59,424 nt of DNA, taken from IMG/VR virus record IMGVR_UViG_3300048772_000090, positions 1 to 59,424 of that record; one strand, 5' to 3'. The translations under genes and the position numbers were made by a program. The notes beneath the pieces were generated by a model. That model saw only the letters and a list, made by a program, of their open reading frames with translations, had not been told where the DNA came from and ran no database searches. Of the stretch, positions 36,798-44,451 are shown one piece after another (position 1 is the first letter of the stretch; each line of letters begins with the position of its first letter). The DNA is from a virus (lineage: Duplodnaviria; Caudoviricetes).

Positions 36798-36867
36798 TGG
36801 TTGCGCAGGGAAGAGTTGAACTTCCGTCCTTGGCCTTATGAGAGCTAGGCATACCGCTATCCGCGCA
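36798..36867 (-). tRNA. 70-nt tRNA(CAT)-like RNA with a reduced D-arm
   Basis: Acceptor TGCGCGG/CTGCGCA-ACCA, loop CTCATAA, T-arm GGAAG-TTCAACT-CTTCC. Confidence 0.55.
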
Positions 36868-36878
36868 GGACAAATATC

Positions 36879-37460
36879 TCATCCTGCGCCAACGATGTCA
36901 AGTGGTATTTTATAGAATATGGTGCGTTGAGCAGGAGTCGAACCTGCGGTGTTTGCTCGTAGAGTCACAGATTTACAGTCTGCTGCCTTCGCCACTGGGC
37001 CACCAACGCATAACTTTTCATATTTCTTTGGAGAACGACGTTTTTGCCGACACTCCCTGCAATCTGTTTCAAGTCCTCTACGCTTTGACCTATCCTTCGT
37101 AAAATCTCCAACTGGAAGCCAATCCTGATGCCCATAACACCATGCCATTCCGGGAGGATCAATGCGTCTCAAATGGGCGTTGGCGTCCATTGCTCGGAGA
37201 TCACGTTTGGTTTTCTCTAAATGGCAACCGTGACAACGTGCTTTGCATTTCTCCAATTCTTCCAATCTTTTAGCATCACCCCAACTCCATACAGTGTGGC
37301 TCACTTTTGTCGAAGGATCAACATGATCTAGTTCAAGATTGTCCCAAGTCCCGCAATCCACACATGGACCGTTCTCTGCAAACCACTTTCTCCTACGTTC
37401 TTTGACGACTCGCTCATACCACGCCTTTTGTGCTGCCTTCCACTTCACCATATCTCTCAT
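36879..37460 (-). CDS. HNH endonuclease; the reading frame runs through tRNA-Tyr
   Basis: CVDCG..NLELDHVDP...CHGCH plus a second CYGH/CREC zinc finger. Confidence 0.8.
   Translation of the reverse strand: MRDMVKWKAAQKAWYERVVKERRRKWFAENGPCVDCGTWDNLELDHVDPSTKVSHTVWSWGDAKRLEELEKCKARCHGCHLEKTKRDLRAMDANAHLRRIDPPGMAWCYGHQDWLPVGDFTKDRSKRRGLETDCRECRQKRRSPKKYEKLCVGGPVAKAADCKSVTLRANTAGSTPAQRTIFYKIPLDIVGAG
36920..37009 (-). tRNA. tRNA-Tyr(GTA)
   Basis: GCAGA-CTGTAAA-TCTGT; long variable region; CCA. Confidence 0.9.
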
Positions 37461-37466
37461 GGCGGA

Positions 37467-37495
37467 AGTATACAGCTATAACGGCGGAAATACAA
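37467..37495 (-). promoter_or_regulatory. promoter for a leaderless HNH transcript (TTGTAT-17-TATACT, ATG 6 nt downstream)
   Basis: Spacing places +1 on the A of the ATG at 37460. Confidence 0.55.
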
Positions 37496-37511
37496 CAACT
37501 AAACACATTAA

Positions 37512-37604
37512 TGGAGGAAGAAGCGAGATTTGAACTCGCGGTGCCGGTCACCCGGACACTCCCGTTTTCAAAACGGGCGCTTTAGACCACTCAGCCATCC
37601 TTCC
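37512..37604 (-). tRNA. tRNA-Ser(TGA)
   Basis: CCCGT-TTTGAAA-ACGGG; long variable arm; CCA. Confidence 0.9.
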
Positions 37605-37608
37605 AAAC

Positions 37609-37694
37609 TGGCGGTAGGGAAGCGATTTAAACGCTTAATACCTTTCGGTATGCTCGGTTTCGAATCGAGGTGTCCCATCAATGACAGCCCTACC
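37609..37694 (-). tRNA. tRNA-Ser(CGA)
   Basis: Loop TTCGAAA; long variable arm; atypical D/T loops; CCA. Confidence 0.75.
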
Positions 37695-37698
37695 AAAC

Positions 37699-37788
37699 TG
37701 GCAGTGAGGATGGGATTCCAACCCACGATACCCTTACAGGTATTCTTGCTTTCCAAGCAAGCGCCTTCGAGCACTCGGCCACCTCACT
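37699..37788 (-). tRNA. tRNA-Ser(GGA)
   Basis: CTTGC-TTGGAAA-GCAAG; long variable arm; CCA. Confidence 0.85.
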
Positions 37789-37793
37789 GTAAA

Positions 37794-37884
37794 TGGCGAT
37801 GAGACTGAGATTCGAACTCAGGACACCCTTTTGAGGTGCTTCGTCTTAGCAGGACGATGCCTTAAGCCACTCGGCCATCTCACC
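37794..37884 (-). tRNA. tRNA-Ser(GCT)
   Basis: TCGTC-CTGCTAA-GACGA; long variable arm; CCA. Confidence 0.92.
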
Positions 37885-37893
37885 GTAAAACTT

Positions 37894-37970
37894 TGGTGCG
37901 CGACCGGGAAATCGAATCCCGAAACACCTCTGTTTGAAAAAGGCGGCTTTGCCTATTTGCCTAGTCGCGC
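37894..37970 (-). tRNA. tRNA-Leu(CAA), short variable loop
   Basis: CCTTT-TTCAAAC-AGAGG; A73; CCA. Confidence 0.82.
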
Positions 37971-37979
37971 ATAACCTTT

Positions 37980-38056
37980 TGGTGCCAGTGGGGGAAATCG
38001 AATCCCCAAACATATCGCCCTAAACGATACCGCTTTGCCTATTTGCGTACACTGGC
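37980..38056 (-). tRNA. tRNA-Leu(TAG), short variable loop
   Basis: TATCG-TTTAGGG-CGATA; CCA. Confidence 0.82.
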
Positions 38057-38064
38057 ATAAAACT

Positions 38065-38143
38065 TGGTGCCGGGAGCGGAAATCGAATCCGCACTGTCAC
38101 AGCCTTCTTAGGACTGCCGCTTTGCCATTTTGCGTACCCCGGC
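38065..38143 (-). tRNA. tRNA-Leu(AAG), A34, short variable loop
   Basis: CAGTC-CTAAGAA-GGCTG; CCA. Confidence 0.8.
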
Positions 38144-38149
38144 TAAACT

Positions 38150-38227
38150 TGGTGCGCTAGGGCGAATTCGAATCGCCAAACTCTTCCGTCTGAGGAAAGA
38201 AGGTATACCAATTCCCATCACTAGCGC
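38150..38227 (-). tRNA. tRNA-Leu(CAG), short variable loop
   Basis: CTTTC-CTCAGAC-GGAAG; CCA. Confidence 0.82.
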
Positions 38228-38230
38228 ATT

Positions 38231-38245
38231 TAATTGTCAAAGAAC
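38231..38245 (-). promoter_or_regulatory. boxA-like antitermination element, operon 3
   Basis: GTTCTTTGACAATTA, close to boxA GCTCTTTAACAA. Confidence 0.6.
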
Positions 38246-38322
38246 TGGAGAGCGGTGTCAGATTTCAACTGACGATTAGCAGTTTTGCAGACTGCTGCGT
38301 TTGAGCACTTCGCCAACCGCTC
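38246..38322 (-). tRNA. tRNA-Cys(GCA)
   Basis: GCAGT-CTGCAAA-ACTGC; U73; CCA. Confidence 0.88.
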
Positions 38323-38323
38323 A

Positions 38324-38403
38324 TGGTGTGGGCATCGGGATTCGAACCCGAAGAATAGACAATTTTTAGGACTGTCCGGCTATACCTGTTCGCCTATACC
38401 CAC
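38324..38403 (-). tRNA. tRNA-Leu(TAA), C33, short variable region
   Basis: ACAGT-CCTAAAA-ATTGT; CCA. Confidence 0.78.
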
Positions 38404-38503
38404 AAACGAAAACCCCTCCGTTTTGAGTGGAGGGGTTCGTCACAACCTTGGGAGGATTACACCTTATATCCCTCTCCAACGCGCAAGCGAACCCCCGCTC
38501 AAA
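38404..38503 (-). terminator. attenuator 3: antiterminator TTTGAG-CG-GGGGTTCG/CGAACCCC-TCCA-CTCAAA versus terminator AACCCCTCC-loop-GGAGGGGTT-TTCGTTT
   Basis: Mutually exclusive stems; the terminator ends directly at the 5' end of tRNA-Leu. Confidence 0.82.
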
Positions 38504-38547
38504 CTGAGCGATGACAGGCAATACGAGTTGGATAAGAGGTTCTTCAT
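38464..38547 (-). CDS. leader peptide 3 MKNLLSNSYCLSSLSLSGGSLARWRGI
   Basis: 13 of codons 4-17 are Leu/Ser/Tyr/Cys, the amino acids of the downstream tRNAs. Confidence 0.82.
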   Translation of the reverse strand: MKNLLSNSYCLSSLSLSGGSLARWRGI

Positions 38548-38563
38548 ATCAGATCGCAAAGTT

Positions 38564-38592
38564 AGATTACATTCCTGCCGAGCGGTTGTCAA
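38564..38592 (-). promoter_or_regulatory. promoter of tRNA operon 3 (TTGACA-17-TAATCT)
   Basis: Near-consensus sigma70. Confidence 0.72.
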
Positions 38593-38599
38593 GCGGTTT

Positions 38600-39016
38600 T
38601 TACGGAGTTGGCGTTCCGAAAGTGCTTGCGATCTCTGTCGGCACCTCAACGGCAGCAACCACTGTCACTGTGTCCGTGCCGCTCAGACCATACACTGAGT
38701 CTCCGTAGGTGTCCGTTACGGTTCCCGGTGCTACTGCTGTCCATGTTGCTGTGCCGTCGCCATTATCAACGACGCTTGCGATGGTTGGATCGCTGCTTAC
38801 TACGGTGATGTCTGCGCCAACAACAGGAACGTTTCCTGCGGCGTTCGACTCTGTTACCGTCTCGATGACGGTCTGGCCTACCGTAAGGGTGATTGGCATG
38901 GTAACTCCTTCAAAATGACTGTGGATTTGGGTGGGACGGTGGGAACGAAGGATTTCAAGCACTTCTTTTAGTTCGTGCCTGATTTCCTCCAAAAGATGGA
39001 TTTCATGGTGAGTCAT
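38600..39016 (-). CDS. Ig-like (Big-2-like) domain protein; an internal start at MPITLTVG is possible
   Basis: Thr/Val-rich, VSSDPTIASV...TAVAPGTVT. Confidence 0.6.
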   Translation of the reverse strand: MTHHEIHLLEEIRHELKEVLEILRSHRPTQIHSHFEGVTMPITLTVGQTVIETVTESNAAGNVPVVGADITVVSSDPTIASVVDNGDGTATWTAVAPGTVTDTYGDSVYGLSGTDTVTVVAAVEVPTEIASTFGTPTP

Positions 39017-39253
39017 AGGCGTATCATACTCCTGTTCCGGTGGATTTTTCGGTTAATTTCTGCTGTTTTTCCCATGGCCACTGGCCAAAATCGACCACAA
39101 AGAACGGAGGCCTATCGTGGAAGTATGGTGACGGTTTGTCGGGATGCTCAATTGCGAAATAGCCGGTTGCTACCTCAACCCGATCCCCAACCTTGTGCAG
39201 CCAAGAACCGTTAGGGTACTCGGCGGAAGGACGCATAAAAGTATCTTTAATCT

Positions 39254-39490
39254 CTACCAAGGCATCCATTTTCTCTCCTCTCCGAAGAATTTCTCTATTC
39301 CTAGATACTCCCTGTACTCTTGGATCGAAGAATGACCGCGCTGATTATTACATTTTTTGCAGGCATCTACGAACTTGTCTCCACCGAAAAACTTAGGGAT
39401 GAAATGATCTACTGTCCGCTGTCTTGGATGGTCGCGTTTGGTAAGCAAGAGCTTACAGCCGCAGAACCAGCACTGATTCCATTGAGCCAT
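39254..39490 (-). CDS. small HNH endonuclease
   Basis: CWFCG...TVDHFIPK..GG...ACKKCNNQRG. Confidence 0.8.
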   Translation of the reverse strand: MAQWNQCWFCGCKLLLTKRDHPRQRTVDHFIPKFFGGDKFVDACKKCNNQRGHSSIQEYREYLGIEKFFGEERKWMPW

Positions 39491-40208
39491 ATATCCTCCT
39501 TTCTCCTCGTCTCAGGCCACCACTTGTCATTAAACCCTTCCATAATTTCCTCTCCTCTATCGAGTCCAAGATGTCTTGCATTCCTGACCGCTCGCCTGAT
39601 TTCGGAAGGATCGCACTGGTGGATACTAAACTCGTACAAATCTTCCGCTTGCCGTATTCGGTTGTGAACGAGATATACGGTTTCACATGCCACGCAACGA
39701 TACCCGAAGAAGAAGCATTGAACATCCCCGTCCGCCATCTTTACCTGCGTCATCAAAAGCCCGTGGATGAGTGCAGGAGACTGATACATCAAAAGTTCCA
39801 TTTGGGTTGGGGCTACGACCTGCGACGTATCAACAATATTAGTTCCTACGCCTACAGCCCCTCCAAGCACGTTGGCGTAGCGGTTGTTGAAGACTTGTAT
39901 GGTCGGCGGCAGGAATTCAGGTATTTTTCTCACGCGATAACCTCAAAAATCCAGTATTGCTCGTCCTCGCTTGGAGTGACACAAAATCTATGATGGTAGC
40001 CCCTCCCAGGAAAAGGACACATCTTAAAACGGAAGTTCGGGGTGCAGACGACATACCACGGCCCTGTTCCGAGTCTCCCGCAAATGGTAAAAGAATCATG
40101 CGCTTCCTTGAGAATTCCCCTCGCGTAATCCGCCCATGTCAAAGATTGGCCGAGCAACCGTCGAGCAACCGTTATGTCTGGAGAAACGAGCATAGCGCAA
40201 CTTTAGCA

Positions 40209-40237
40209 TTGACAAGGCGCAGTTTGCAAGTTATATT
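40209..40237 (+). promoter_or_regulatory. sigma70-like promoter (TTGACA-17-TATATT)
   Basis: Upstream of the 40262-42466 operon. Confidence 0.7.
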
Positions 40238-40261
40238 TTATCTGTATCCGGGAGAGGGAAA

Positions 40262-40525
40262 ATGAAACTTTTTGAGGCATACGCACAAGCAGTCCTTGAG
40301 GACTGGGACCCAAAAGAGCGAACAGAAATTTCGGATAGCACTGAATTAAAGACTCTTATCGTCGAAGAGATTATGGAGGCGATGAAAGAAATACGCAAGC
40401 ACAAAGGGAAAAAGAGAACTGCCGTCGATCTCATCAACCCCATCTTCAAATGCGTTGCGTTCTGGTTCATTATTGGAATCCGCGTTGGCAAGATTCTGCG
40501 AGATGAGGAGTTGGCTACCAAATGA
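40262..40525 (+). CDS. hypothetical protein
   Basis: GAGGG RBS; coupled to the glycosyltransferase. Confidence 0.65.
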   Translation: MKLFEAYAQAVLEDWDPKERTEISDSTELKTLIVEEIMEAMKEIRKHKGKKRTAVDLINPIFKCVAFWFIIGIRVGKILRDEELATK

Positions 40526-41730
40526 CCACGCCACTGCTGCTGGTAGGGGATGCGCCGACCGCTGGAACTGGTCTGGGAAAAATCCTGTCCGATGTAGCCT
40601 CAAGAGTTGCCACCAACTTGAGTGATGTATATGATTTGGCGACAGTTGGATACGGAGGAATCGCTTCTCGTCACCTTCCTTACCGGCACTATACTGCCGA
40701 AGGAATGAATGGATGGATTCTTCCTACCCTGCCTGAGATTTGGGAAGACTGGGCAGGGAAAGAGCGCGGTGTGGTAATGTTCCTTAGCGATCCTGCCCGT
40801 TTGGGATGGTTCTCCCGTCCTGAGATGAGCGAGGAACTTGCTAAGTATCCTGATCTAAAGAAGTTCCTCACGAAACCTCCATTCAAAAAGTGGATTTATG
40901 CGCCACTCGACGCTTCTGGGCCAAATGATAAACTTACCTTTCCTCTCGCGCAGAACCTGCTTGGATTCGACAGGATTCTAGCCTACGGAAAATGGGGCGA
41001 GGACGTGATTCGCCGGACTTTGGGGGATCAGGAATCAGAGAAGCGTGGTCTGACCTCGCTTCCACACGGAATCAACATAGATATTTTCCATCCTAGCGAC
41101 CGAAGGTCAGCGAGAGCCTTTTTCTTTTCTCTTACAGGAGCTACCACGCTGCGGGGAGAGAAGAAACCAATCGAGAGTGACGAAATTCTGATAGGATGCG
41201 TTTGCACCAATCAGAGCCGGAAGGACGTTCCTTTACTCATTAAAACCGTTGCTATACTGTCCCGACAAAGGAAGGTTCGCCTATGGCTGCACACTGATAC
41301 ACTTGAAAGGAGTTGGTCTATCCCAGCACTGCTTATAGATTATGGATTGTTGGATCGTACCGTTATTTCTTTGGGACATCTTCCTGATAACGCTTTGGCT
41401 AGAAGTTATACTGCATGTGACATCACTATAGCTCCGGGGGCTGAAGGTTGGGGACTGCCTCTGGCCGAATCCTTGGCGTGTGGATGCCCTGTTATTCACG
41501 GTTCCTACGGTGGAGGTGCAGATGTAGTCCCAAAATCAATGCAAGTAAATCCTGTCGCTTTTCGGTATGAAAGCATTTGGTCGTGCGAACGCCCCGTATA
41601 CAGAGCGGAAGATTGGGAGTTAAAGGCTAATGAGTGGATTAGCAAGAGAGCGATTCTTGACTCTAAGTATGACTGGAAATTGAATTGGATTGGATGGGAG
41701 AAGTGGTTTCGGGAAGGATTGTATGAATAA
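40522..41730 (+). CDS. glycosyltransferase, GT-B/GT4-like
   Basis: LPHGINIDIFHP, NQSRKD, EGWGLPLAESLACGCPVI. Confidence 0.88.
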   Translation: MTTPLLLVGDAPTAGTGLGKILSDVASRVATNLSDVYDLATVGYGGIASRHLPYRHYTAEGMNGWILPTLPEIWEDWAGKERGVVMFLSDPARLGWFSRPEMSEELAKYPDLKKFLTKPPFKKWIYAPLDASGPNDKLTFPLAQNLLGFDRILAYGKWGEDVIRRTLGDQESEKRGLTSLPHGINIDIFHPSDRRSARAFFFSLTGATTLRGEKKPIESDEILIGCVCTNQSRKDVPLLIKTVAILSRQRKVRLWLHTDTLERSWSIPALLIDYGLLDRTVISLGHLPDNALARSYTACDITIAPGAEGWGLPLAESLACGCPVIHGSYGGGADVVPKSMQVNPVAFRYESIWSCERPVYRAEDWELKANEWISKRAILDSKYDWKLNWIGWEKWFREGLYE

Positions 41731-42466
41731 CGCTGTACTTATGATTTGCTATGACCGAACAAAAGAGCAGCATGATCTAGCTGTTGATGCTCTCAACTCC
41801 GCTCTTGCGCAGGATATTCCCGTAGATGTTTATGTCTTTGATAACGGGTCAACCTACCCCAAAACAAGGGAATGGCTGAACGATGTGGCTAATCGTAACC
41901 AGAATGTATTAGTAACGCGAGAGGAAACAAACGTATCTCCTGTCGCTGTTGATAACTATATGATGGATAGACTGTTTACAGAACTAAACTATCCATATAT
42001 TCTCGGGATTCCTGACGACATAGTGCTCCCGCCCAATGCCTACCGAAAGTTGCTAGGGTTCCCCCAAGGCATTGTCGCAGCGCACATGGATAGTCCTAAT
42101 CCACCTCCAATCATGGATGAAGTAACGCGACTCCACGGAGATGTCCATTTAGCTGTTCCTATGGTAAGGAAGTCGGCCTATGACGCCCTGATAACTAAGG
42201 ACGGGTATTATATGGATGAAGGATACTTCAATTACTGCTCAGATTGCGATCTGAAGCTGCGAATAATTGATGCTGGAATCACTACCGCCCAGACAGACTT
42301 GAGATGTTGGCACTACGGGGGAGCTAGCCATAGGCTGGCTCCGGCAGGTCAGCGTGAGCCGGATCATGCCGGTGAGGATCGGGCATACTTTATACGCAAA
42401 TGGAATTTTTCTATAGGATCGCCAGAATGGGATAGTCGGATAGCAAAGATCAACGAGGATAGGTAA
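41723..42466 (+). CDS. glycosyltransferase, GT-A/GT2-like
   Basis: VFDNGS, PDDIV (DxD-like), MDEGYFNYCSDCDL, WHYGGAS. Confidence 0.85.
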   Translation: MNNAVLMICYDRTKEQHDLAVDALNSALAQDIPVDVYVFDNGSTYPKTREWLNDVANRNQNVLVTREETNVSPVAVDNYMMDRLFTELNYPYILGIPDDIVLPPNAYRKLLGFPQGIVAAHMDSPNPPPIMDEVTRLHGDVHLAVPMVRKSAYDALITKDGYYMDEGYFNYCSDCDLKLRIIDAGITTAQTDLRCWHYGGASHRLAPAGQREPDHAGEDRAYFIRKWNFSIGSPEWDSRIAKINEDR

Positions 42467-42657
42467 ATGGCCGAGATGATTAAAGGACGTAAACTAACGC
42501 TGCGCGAGATTCTTGACGAAATCGCTGAGGACGAAGAGTTTAGCGACGAGGAAAGAGAACTGGCGCGAGATAAATCTAAGCAGTTAGATACAGAATCGCG
42601 CATCCATGAAGTAAAGTGAAGGAAGTTCTATGATATACTGCGCCTGAGAGGATAATT

Positions 42658-43353
42658 ATGCCGAAAAAAGATAAATTAAGCAAAGAAGAGCGCAGTCAGA
42701 TCGCCAAAGACCGCTGGGCGAAGATTAAGGCAACGAAGAAAGTGAAGGTTGAAGTCAATGCCACACCAATCAGTGATATTCCTAGTGCTAGTCCTAGTGT
42801 GGCTGCACCTACACCTGAAGCGGAAACGCCGCGAGCGGAACAGGAAGAAGTAGCCAAAGTTCCAGAACCTATTCCTGCCCCGCCTCCGCCTCCTCCAGTA
42901 GTGGTTCCTTCCCCACAGCTTACTCCTGTGGCCCCCAAGAGGCCGAAGCGGTACACAGGCCCCAAAGAGTTCTCCGTAGCCCTCAAAGCGGCTGAGAACC
43001 GCTTGGCAAAGGCAATCAACGAACGGGCAGAGGCAATGGGTAAGCTGGCAGGACTCAATGCTGAGATTCCTAGCCTCCTACAAATCATTCAAGCCCTAAA
43101 AGGATCAAACAATCTTCCTCCTGCTCAGTATGACTTTTCAGGATCAGTTCCTAACGCACAAGCGTTTCAGGCTCCTATCGACCCTCAAGCGGCTCTCATG
43201 GCAGCTATGGCGGCTCCGCCAGTTTCAAGGGCGCAGGGTAATGCTGTACAGTTCGGTCCTGACGTTGTGGGGTCACTTGAGGGGCCAGACGACGACGATC
43301 CTGATAGGTTTATTACTGGGCCACAGGCTGGGCCAGGGTGGATAGGCGGATAG
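42658..43353 (+). CDS. Pro-rich hypothetical protein
   Basis: GAGG RBS; basic N-terminus, poly-Pro, coiled coil. Confidence 0.7.
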   Translation: MPKKDKLSKEERSQIAKDRWAKIKATKKVKVEVNATPISDIPSASPSVAAPTPEAETPRAEQEEVAKVPEPIPAPPPPPPVVVPSPQLTPVAPKRPKRYTGPKEFSVALKAAENRLAKAINERAEAMGKLAGLNAEIPSLLQIIQALKGSNNLPPAQYDFSGSVPNAQAFQAPIDPQAALMAAMAAPPVSRAQGNAVQFGPDVVGSLEGPDDDDPDRFITGPQAGPGWIGG

Positions 43354-43521
43354 CCATGCGTCAGTCATGTGAGAAGTGCGGTAGAGGCTATAACGACGAA
43401 TTCTGCTCGACCTGTTGCCCACATAAAGGAATTGGCTACTGTGCCATTTGCGATTGCATAATGTGCGTCTGCACGAAGCAAACTTCTGGAGATTGGGAGC
43501 GTAGCTCTGGCAATAGAGAAT

Positions 43522-44451
43522 CTACTTCACCTGCTCCACAGGGATAAACCCTGAACGTCCGTTGGGCGATTCCCCCCTATTGCAACACCCACGGTAGATA
43601 CAGGGAATAGGCCACGAGCAGGTACTAAATTGCTGTGGAGGGGCTGTTTTTAGAGAATAAATCTCCTCTAGCCTCCTTGCCGCTGTGTCCACAATCATCT
43701 GCCTAGCTCTTGGTTCTGGAACCTGAATATCTACGTTAAATAGACTGTCCTGAAGAACTCCGTCATCCAACATTGCCTGTAGCCAAGTTTCGGATTCGAT
43801 CTCGTCTCTATCTTCCCTGAAAATCGTATTCCACGATTCCTTGAAATTGGTTCCTACATTATTTCTTTTCCTGAACCGCAATTTTTTATTCGCGGGATGT
43901 AAAACGCCTTTGCTCCAATATCCATGCCTTTTCCCGTCTCGCCTTGCTCCTAGCACGCAAACCACTTGCTGCATCGGGAGTCCATAGGCGCAGACTTCTC
44001 CTAGCGAATACCAGCTACGCGCCTCGGAATAGTGCCTATCGTCAGACCAGTTGGTGACTAGGCAAACCCGGCGCAGTTTTGTCCCCGAAGGATCGAGATA
44101 TGCACTTGATTTCCATATCGTCCCGTTGTCCAATGGAATTTCTTTAGCAGTTTCCCACGGCTTATCGTTGGGTTTTCTGAGGGCGGTTACGATCAAATCA
44201 CAAATGTGAGCGATGTGAATTACCTCATCGTAAACATTTAGGCTGTCCGTTCTCAATCCCGGTTCCGCTCCTAGCGCGATAGCCTCTTCTCCAGCATATT
44301 CCCCGTAGTTCTTCTCAGACGTGCAGAGTCCAGCGTTGATGCACTTCTGCATAAACTGGTGCTCGTCAGGTTTTCCTTTTTCCCAATCGCGGCTCCAGAA
44401 TCCATCACGATTGCAATGCTCATAGGCGGAAAGGATAAAAGGGCTGTTCAT
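43522..44451 (-). CDS. hypothetical protein, possibly Cas4/PD-(D/E)XK-like
   Basis: N-terminal EHC and C-terminal CSWPIPCIYRGCC suggest an Fe-S staple; catalytic motif not evident. Confidence 0.45.
   Translation of the reverse strand: MNSPFILSAYEHCNRDGFWSRDWEKGKPDEHQFMQKCINAGLCTSEKNYGEYAGEEAIALGAEPGLRTDSLNVYDEVIHIAHICDLIVTALRKPNDKPWETAKEIPLDNGTIWKSSAYLDPSGTKLRRVCLVTNWSDDRHYSEARSWYSLGEVCAYGLPMQQVVCVLGARRDGKRHGYWSKGVLHPANKKLRFRKRNNVGTNFKESWNTIFREDRDEIESETWLQAMLDDGVLQDSLFNVDIQVPEPRARQMIVDTAARRLEEIYSLKTAPPQQFSTCSWPIPCIYRGCCNRGESPNGRSGFIPVEQVK

Noticed and set aside
31632-38240. Internal TTGACA hexamers at 31632, 33991 and 38235 as promoters
   Set aside because: No -10 at 16-18 nt; the flanks fit boxA better.
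29827-38698. Many ORF-track entries across the RNA island (e.g. 29827, 32191, 32710, 35789, 36476, 37530, 38285)
   Set aside because: They overlap tRNA or ncRNA genes, mostly antisense, and lack an RBS or recognisable motifs.
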